Of a stretch of 64,000 bases of DNA, positions 59,698 through 64,000 are shown one piece after another. This stretch comes from Candidatus Spongiisociaceae bacterium (GTDB lineage Bacteria > Actinomycetota > Acidimicrobiia > Spongiisociales > Spongiisociaceae): assembly GCA_965262915.1 (NCBI GenBank), contig OZ253564.1, positions 2,624,001-2,688,000 of the forward strand. The letters are read 5' to 3'. The position numbers were made by a program, and so were the translations under genes. Each line of letters begins with the position of its first letter. Within the stretch, counting starts at the first letter, position 1. Below the pieces are notes generated by a model. The model was not told where the DNA came from. It worked only from the letters and a program-made list of their open reading frames with translations, and did not search any database.

Positions 59698-60750
59698 GTG
59701 GCTCTCGGCCGCTTCCATGAGTCCGTACCCGCATCTTCTGGACGAACCTTGAGTGCCAGCGTCTTGCGCGTTCGCTCCGTGGCCAAGAGCTTCGGGGAGG
59801 AGGGTACAGGCGATCACATCCTCGCTGTGGATACCGTATCGTTCCAGATTCGGCCGGCTGAGACCGTGGGGCTCATTGGGGAAAGCGGCTCCGGAAAGTC
59901 CACCGTCGGGAAGCTTGCGTTGGGCCTACTCGCGCCCGATAAAGGAACCGTCGAGTTTCTCGGTCGAGATATCGCCGGGTTGTCGCGGGAGCAGTTCCGC
60001 TCGACACGATCTGAGGCGTCGGTGGTTTTCCAAGAACCGGAAGAATCACTCAATCCCCGCATGAAGGTGTTTCGAATCGTGGAGGAGCCCTTGGTGATTC
60101 ATGAGCCGCATCTCAGCAGCGGCGAGAGACACGCTCGGGTAGAGACGGCATTCGCCGACGTGAACATCGGCTCAGAGTTGTGGCAGCGACGACCGAGATC
60201 TCTCAGCGGCGGCCAGCAGCAGAGGATCGGCGTAGCTCGTGCGATCGTGACGCGCCCACAGCTTATCGTCCTTGATGAGCCGACCTCGTCGCTCGACCTG
60301 TCCGTCCAAGCGCAGATCATGAACCTGCTGTTGCGACTGCAGCAGGAACACGGTTTCTCCTACCTATTCATATCTCACGATCTCCGTGTCGTAAGTTACA
60401 TGAGCCACCGAATATTGGTGATGTACTCGGGTCGTATCGTGGAGTCCGGCCCGAGGATAGAAGTCGTCAACCGCCCGCTCCACCCTTACACACTCGTCCT
60501 GCTGTCCTCCGCTCTTTCACCTGATCCGCAGCAGTCTCCTGTTCCCGTTCTGGAGAGAGAAGATACGTCGAGTGGACGTGTGAACTCTACGGCGGGATGT
60601 GCTTTCCGGGGGAGATGCCCTTTTGCCAGTGACAACCGCTGTGCGACTGAGATCCCCGATCTCGAGGAGAAGACCCCGGGCCATGCGGCGGCAACGTTCT
60701 GTGAGGTTACGGCGGATGATTGGGATTCCATAGCAGGAGCCATCGTATGA
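59698..60750 (+). CDS. oligopeptide/dipeptide ABC transporter ATP-binding protein
   Basis: [39 protein letters not shown]; start uncertain. Confidence 0.92.
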   Translation: MALGRFHESVPASSGRTLSASVLRVRSVAKSFGEEGTGDHILAVDTVSFQIRPAETVGLIGESGSGKSTVGKLALGLLAPDKGTVEFLGRDIAGLSREQFRSTRSEASVVFQEPEESLNPRMKVFRIVEEPLVIHEPHLSSGERHARVETAFADVNIGSELWQRRPRSLSGGQQQRIGVARAIVTRPQLIVLDEPTSSLDLSVQAQIMNLLLRLQQEHGFSYLFISHDLRVVSYMSHRILVMYSGRIVESGPRIEVVNRPLHPYTLVLLSSALSPDPQQSPVPVLEREDTSSGRVNSTAGCAFRGRCPFASDNRCATEIPDLEEKTPGHAAATFCEVTADDWDSIAGAIV

Positions 60751-60772
60751 GAGATAGTACAGAGGTGATCGA

Positions 60773-61618
60773 ATGAACGGCTATTCGTACGAAGAGTGGG
60801 TCCGATGCGGCGAGTACGCAAACCTGGAGGGCGGCCGGGTCTACTTCGTTAAGAGAGGCGAAGGTTTCCCCGTGCTGCTCATGCACTTCTACGGAGGAGA
60901 GTCGTGGTGGCTCTCACCTGTCCTGGATGCATTTGCCGAGCATTTCACGACCTACGCGATCGACATCCCCGGCTGCGGGCAGTCTGGCGAGCCCGCACTT
61001 CCTTACGGACCGCCGCAGTACGCGGCCGCACTGATCGAGTTCATGAACCGGCAGGGTATCGATCAAGCCCACCTCGTGGGTGTCCACGGCAGTGGGCTCA
61101 ACGCGGTTCATCTGGCGGCTACAAGGCCGACCCGCGTCGGTCGCTTGGTTCTCGATGGATATCCTCCCTGGAACTCATCGGAAGGTGTTGCTCTCTTTCG
61201 CGACATGATACGTCCCGTCTGGATGGACGAGAACGAATTCATGAAGTCCTACGACATGGCCGAATGGACTGGGGACCCATTTCCCAGTTTGGCGGGAGAC
61301 GAGCGAGATATCGCGATGGAAAGGGTCAAAGCCGGGTTCTTGCGCCACCGGCGATGGATCCCAGGCAGCATCAAGGAGGCCATGGGGTATGACGGATTCG
61401 TACTGCTGCCGTCCGTTCAAGCCTCCACGCTGGTTGTGTACGGTGAGTCAGACTGGAGCATCAAGCCTGTTGGGCATGGGGAGGCACCCATCCGAAGGCT
61501 ACTCCATGGGCTCACCGGCGCCCGCGCCGAAGTCATTCCGAATGCGGGCCTCGTGCCTTCCTTCGAGCAACCGGAGGCGTACACTCGCGTGGTGCTCGAG
61601 GAGTTCTTGCTCAAGTGA
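60773..61618 (+). CDS. alpha/beta-hydrolase fold protein with non-canonical active site
   Basis: G.G.PVLLMH, AIDIPGCGQS, HLVGVHGSG, TLVVYGESD, IPNAGLVPSFEQPE. Confidence 0.82.
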   Translation: MNGYSYEEWVRCGEYANLEGGRVYFVKRGEGFPVLLMHFYGGESWWLSPVLDAFAEHFTTYAIDIPGCGQSGEPALPYGPPQYAAALIEFMNRQGIDQAHLVGVHGSGLNAVHLAATRPTRVGRLVLDGYPPWNSSEGVALFRDMIRPVWMDENEFMKSYDMAEWTGDPFPSLAGDERDIAMERVKAGFLRHRRWIPGSIKEAMGYDGFVLLPSVQASTLVVYGESDWSIKPVGHGEAPIRRLLHGLTGARAEVIPNAGLVPSFEQPEAYTRVVLEEFLLK

Positions 61619-61682
61619 CGGATTCAAGAGTAGAAACTCGCTTCGGCCGGCATCAGGGGCCACGAAAGCACGTTGGGGAGTG

Positions 61683-63794
61683 ATGAGGGTGCGAAGTCAG
61701 GCCGGATGGGCGCTCGGGATCGATGTCGGTGGGACGTTTACGGATCTGGTGGCGACACAAGAAGGGCGCGTCCGAGCCACGAGCAAGGTACTCACCAGTT
61801 ATCCAGATCCCGGCGCTGGTGTAATGAGGGGTCTCGGCCGGCTTCTGGTCGAGACAGACCTCGAGTCGGCTGGCTGCGCCTTCCTCGTACACGCGACAAC
61901 CCTGGCGAGCAATGCGGTCATCGAGGGCAAGACAGCACCCATCGGGTTTATCACGACGAAGGGGTTCAGGGACGTACTCTGGCTGAGGCGGGAAGACAGG
62001 TATTACATCTATGACCCGGCAAATCGTTTCCCTGAGGTCCTCGTTCGCAAGGAGGATTGTATAGAGGCCGATGAGCGGGTGAAGCATGACGGGGACGTCG
62101 TGTCGCCCGTGCCCGTCGAGGACACGCTGGCTCATATACACGGACTGGTTGAGCGAGGGGTCAGAGCCGTTGCGGTGGGGTTCCTCCATTCCTATGTGAA
62201 TCCCGTTAACGAACGGAGGATGGCGGCTGCGATCCGCGAGAGATGGCCGCAGTTGGGCGTCGTCGCGTCCCACGAAGTCTCGGGAGAGGGACGGGAATAT
62301 GAGCGCTTTGTCACGACCGTAATAGACGCCGCGCTCATGCCGATCATGTCCGAGTATCTCCGGACACTCAGCCTCGGCCTGAAAGAGCATGGATTCCATT
62401 GTCCTCATTACGTCCTGACATCGGCAGGCGATGCCGTGACCTTCGAGCAGGGCAGCGCTCATCCGGTCACCCTTCTCGAGTCCGGTCCAGCGGCGGGCCA
62501 TGTGGCGGCCTGCAGAATCGGCAGGGCTGTGAACTCGGAGGTCCTTGCTTTCGATATGGGAGGGACGACCGCAAAGGTCGGGGTGTCTGTTGACGGGAGG
62601 CCCATCCTCACCAAGAACCTCGAGGTCGGCCGAGTGGCGCGAGAGCAGCCGGGCAGCGGATACCCGGTGGTGCTGCGCAGCATCGACCTGCGAGAGATCA
62701 GCGCAGGCGGTGGCTCGATCGCCCGGATCGACCCGACGGGACTGCTCGATGTAGGTCCGGACTCGGCCGGATCGGTTCCAGGTCCGGCATGTTATGGCCG
62801 GGGGGGGACAGAGCCGACCATCACGGATGCGAACGTGCATCTCAGGTGGATAGACCCTGAGGGCAAGCTGGGTGACGAGATCGAGATCGATGAGAACCTT
62901 GCCTCCGAGGCTCTGGGGCGCTTGGGGCTGGGTGGGCCGGACGGAGCCGCATCGGGGATTCGAGCGCTCATCGACGAGAAGATGTCGGAGGCGACGCGAC
63001 TGTACTTGACCGAGTCCCAGGTTCGGCAGCACGGCCGTACGCTCATCGCATTCGGCGGCGCGGGTGGCCTTCATGCCGCGGCGATAGCGACCAAGATCGG
63101 TGTTTCCGAGATCCTTTGTCCCCGCGAAGCGGGGGTGTTGTCGGCTTGGGGCCTGGCTCTGGCCCGGTTGAGCCGGCGCGGAGGGCTGAGCTGCACGCTT
63201 CGGGTATGGAGGGAGTCATTCGCCTCTGAGTGGAGCGCGGCATGGTTGACGGTGGAGGAGCGTGTGGGGCTGACTGAGGGAGAGTCGCCGCTGTACTACG
63301 ACCGTGTGGTCGAGATGTCGTATGTGGGGCAGCCCTTCAGCATCGACGTCGCCCTCGGAAAAGCGCCTCATCCGGATGAACCGATCGACACCGAGGAACT
63401 GAGCAGTATCTTCGCTGAAACGTATCGTGCGCGCTTTGGTAAGACCGTCAAGGGGGGACGCTTGATGGTCACTGCGGTTCATTTGTCGGCCGTCATGCGG
63501 CCCGAAGCCGAGCTCGACGGATTACAGCCTCACGACAGCCTCGATCAAGGCCGACGCCGGGATAGTTCACGCAATAGGGGACCAATTTCAAGGACGAGAA
63601 GCGTCCTGACCAACAAGGGCACGAGAGTCGGCCATAGCGTCATCAGGTGGCCCCAAGAAGGGGAGATGTGGAGCGTGCACGGTCCCTCGATCATCCAGGC
63701 GCCGCACACAGCCGCGGTGGTTCCCGACGGATGGCGAGCCCTCAGCGATCAAAATGGCAATGTCTGGATCTTGGAAGGTGCTGGCGATGGTTGA
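61683..63794 (+). CDS. hydantoinase/oxoprolinase family protein (A subunit)
   Basis: GIDVGGTFTD, HATTLASNA, ESGPAAG, DMGGTT, AGGGS, FGGAG. Confidence 0.93.
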   Translation: MRVRSQAGWALGIDVGGTFTDLVATQEGRVRATSKVLTSYPDPGAGVMRGLGRLLVETDLESAGCAFLVHATTLASNAVIEGKTAPIGFITTKGFRDVLWLRREDRYYIYDPANRFPEVLVRKEDCIEADERVKHDGDVVSPVPVEDTLAHIHGLVERGVRAVAVGFLHSYVNPVNERRMAAAIRERWPQLGVVASHEVSGEGREYERFVTTVIDAALMPIMSEYLRTLSLGLKEHGFHCPHYVLTSAGDAVTFEQGSAHPVTLLESGPAAGHVAACRIGRAVNSEVLAFDMGGTTAKVGVSVDGRPILTKNLEVGRVAREQPGSGYPVVLRSIDLREISAGGGSIARIDPTGLLDVGPDSAGSVPGPACYGRGGTEPTITDANVHLRWIDPEGKLGDEIEIDENLASEALGRLGLGGPDGAASGIRALIDEKMSEATRLYLTESQVRQHGRTLIAFGGAGGLHAAAIATKIGVSEILCPREAGVLSAWGLALARLSRRGGLSCTLRVWRESFASEWSAAWLTVEERVGLTEGESPLYYDRVVEMSYVGQPFSIDVALGKAPHPDEPIDTEELSSIFAETYRARFGKTVKGGRLMVTAVHLSAVMRPEAELDGLQPHDSLDQGRRRDSSRNRGPISRTRSVLTNKGTRVGHSVIRWPQEGEMWSVHGPSIIQAPHTAAVVPDGWRALSDQNGNVWILEGAGDG

Positions 63795-64000
63795 CGTCGT
63801 CGATGTCAAGATAGTTTGGGAGCGCCTGAGCGGAGCGATCAACCTCGCCACTATTGCTCAGAAACAGTCTGCATTTTCGACTGCAGTCACCGAGGCTAAC
63901 GATTTCGCCTGTGGGCTGATGACCAAACGCGGCGATCTGATAGTCAACTCCGATATTTCTCTGCCCTCCTTTTCCCTCATGATGCCCAATGCTGTGCGGC
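63787..64000 (+). CDS. hydantoinase B/oxoprolinase family protein (5' part, runs off the window)
   Basis: MVDVVDVKIVWERL...SAFSTAVTEANDFACGL; overlaps the A-subunit stop. Confidence 0.82.
   Translation, partial: MVDVVDVKIVWERLSGAINLATIAQKQSAFSTAVTEANDFACGLMTKRGDLIVNSDISLPSFSLMMPNAVR

Overview
High-GC actinobacterial chromosome segment, probably class Acidimicrobiia (inferred from gene order, GAAC-N4-GTTC LexA boxes and leaderless genes). Core genes are uvrA, uvrB, coaE, rpsA, polA, tRNA-Leu(CAA), lepA, trpE-ygfZ-trpCFBA, imuA'-imuB/dnaE2, a thiBPQ-like ABC transporter, ccdA, nth and xpt. Variable segments interrupt this backbone. The most striking lies between uvrA and uvrB: a ~1,700-aa triple fusion (DEDDh exonuclease + Fe-S-less DinG helicase + RecQ helicase) followed by an SF1 helicase with a degenerate NERD-like domain and a PIN toxin-antitoxin pair. 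The window also holds an IS982 and two unrelated MITE-like elements that mostly end at (C)TAG sites, recurrent 7-bp tandem arrays and a tRNA with a damaged acceptor stem. There are several deletion scars (Mo-hydroxylase/IclR chimera, HicA, nucleotidyltransferase, group II intron RT). A lower-GC catabolic island at the right end encodes an alpha/beta-hydrolase lacking the canonical triad. No CRISPR array or rRNA was seen. All family calls come from motif recognition by eye, not database searches.
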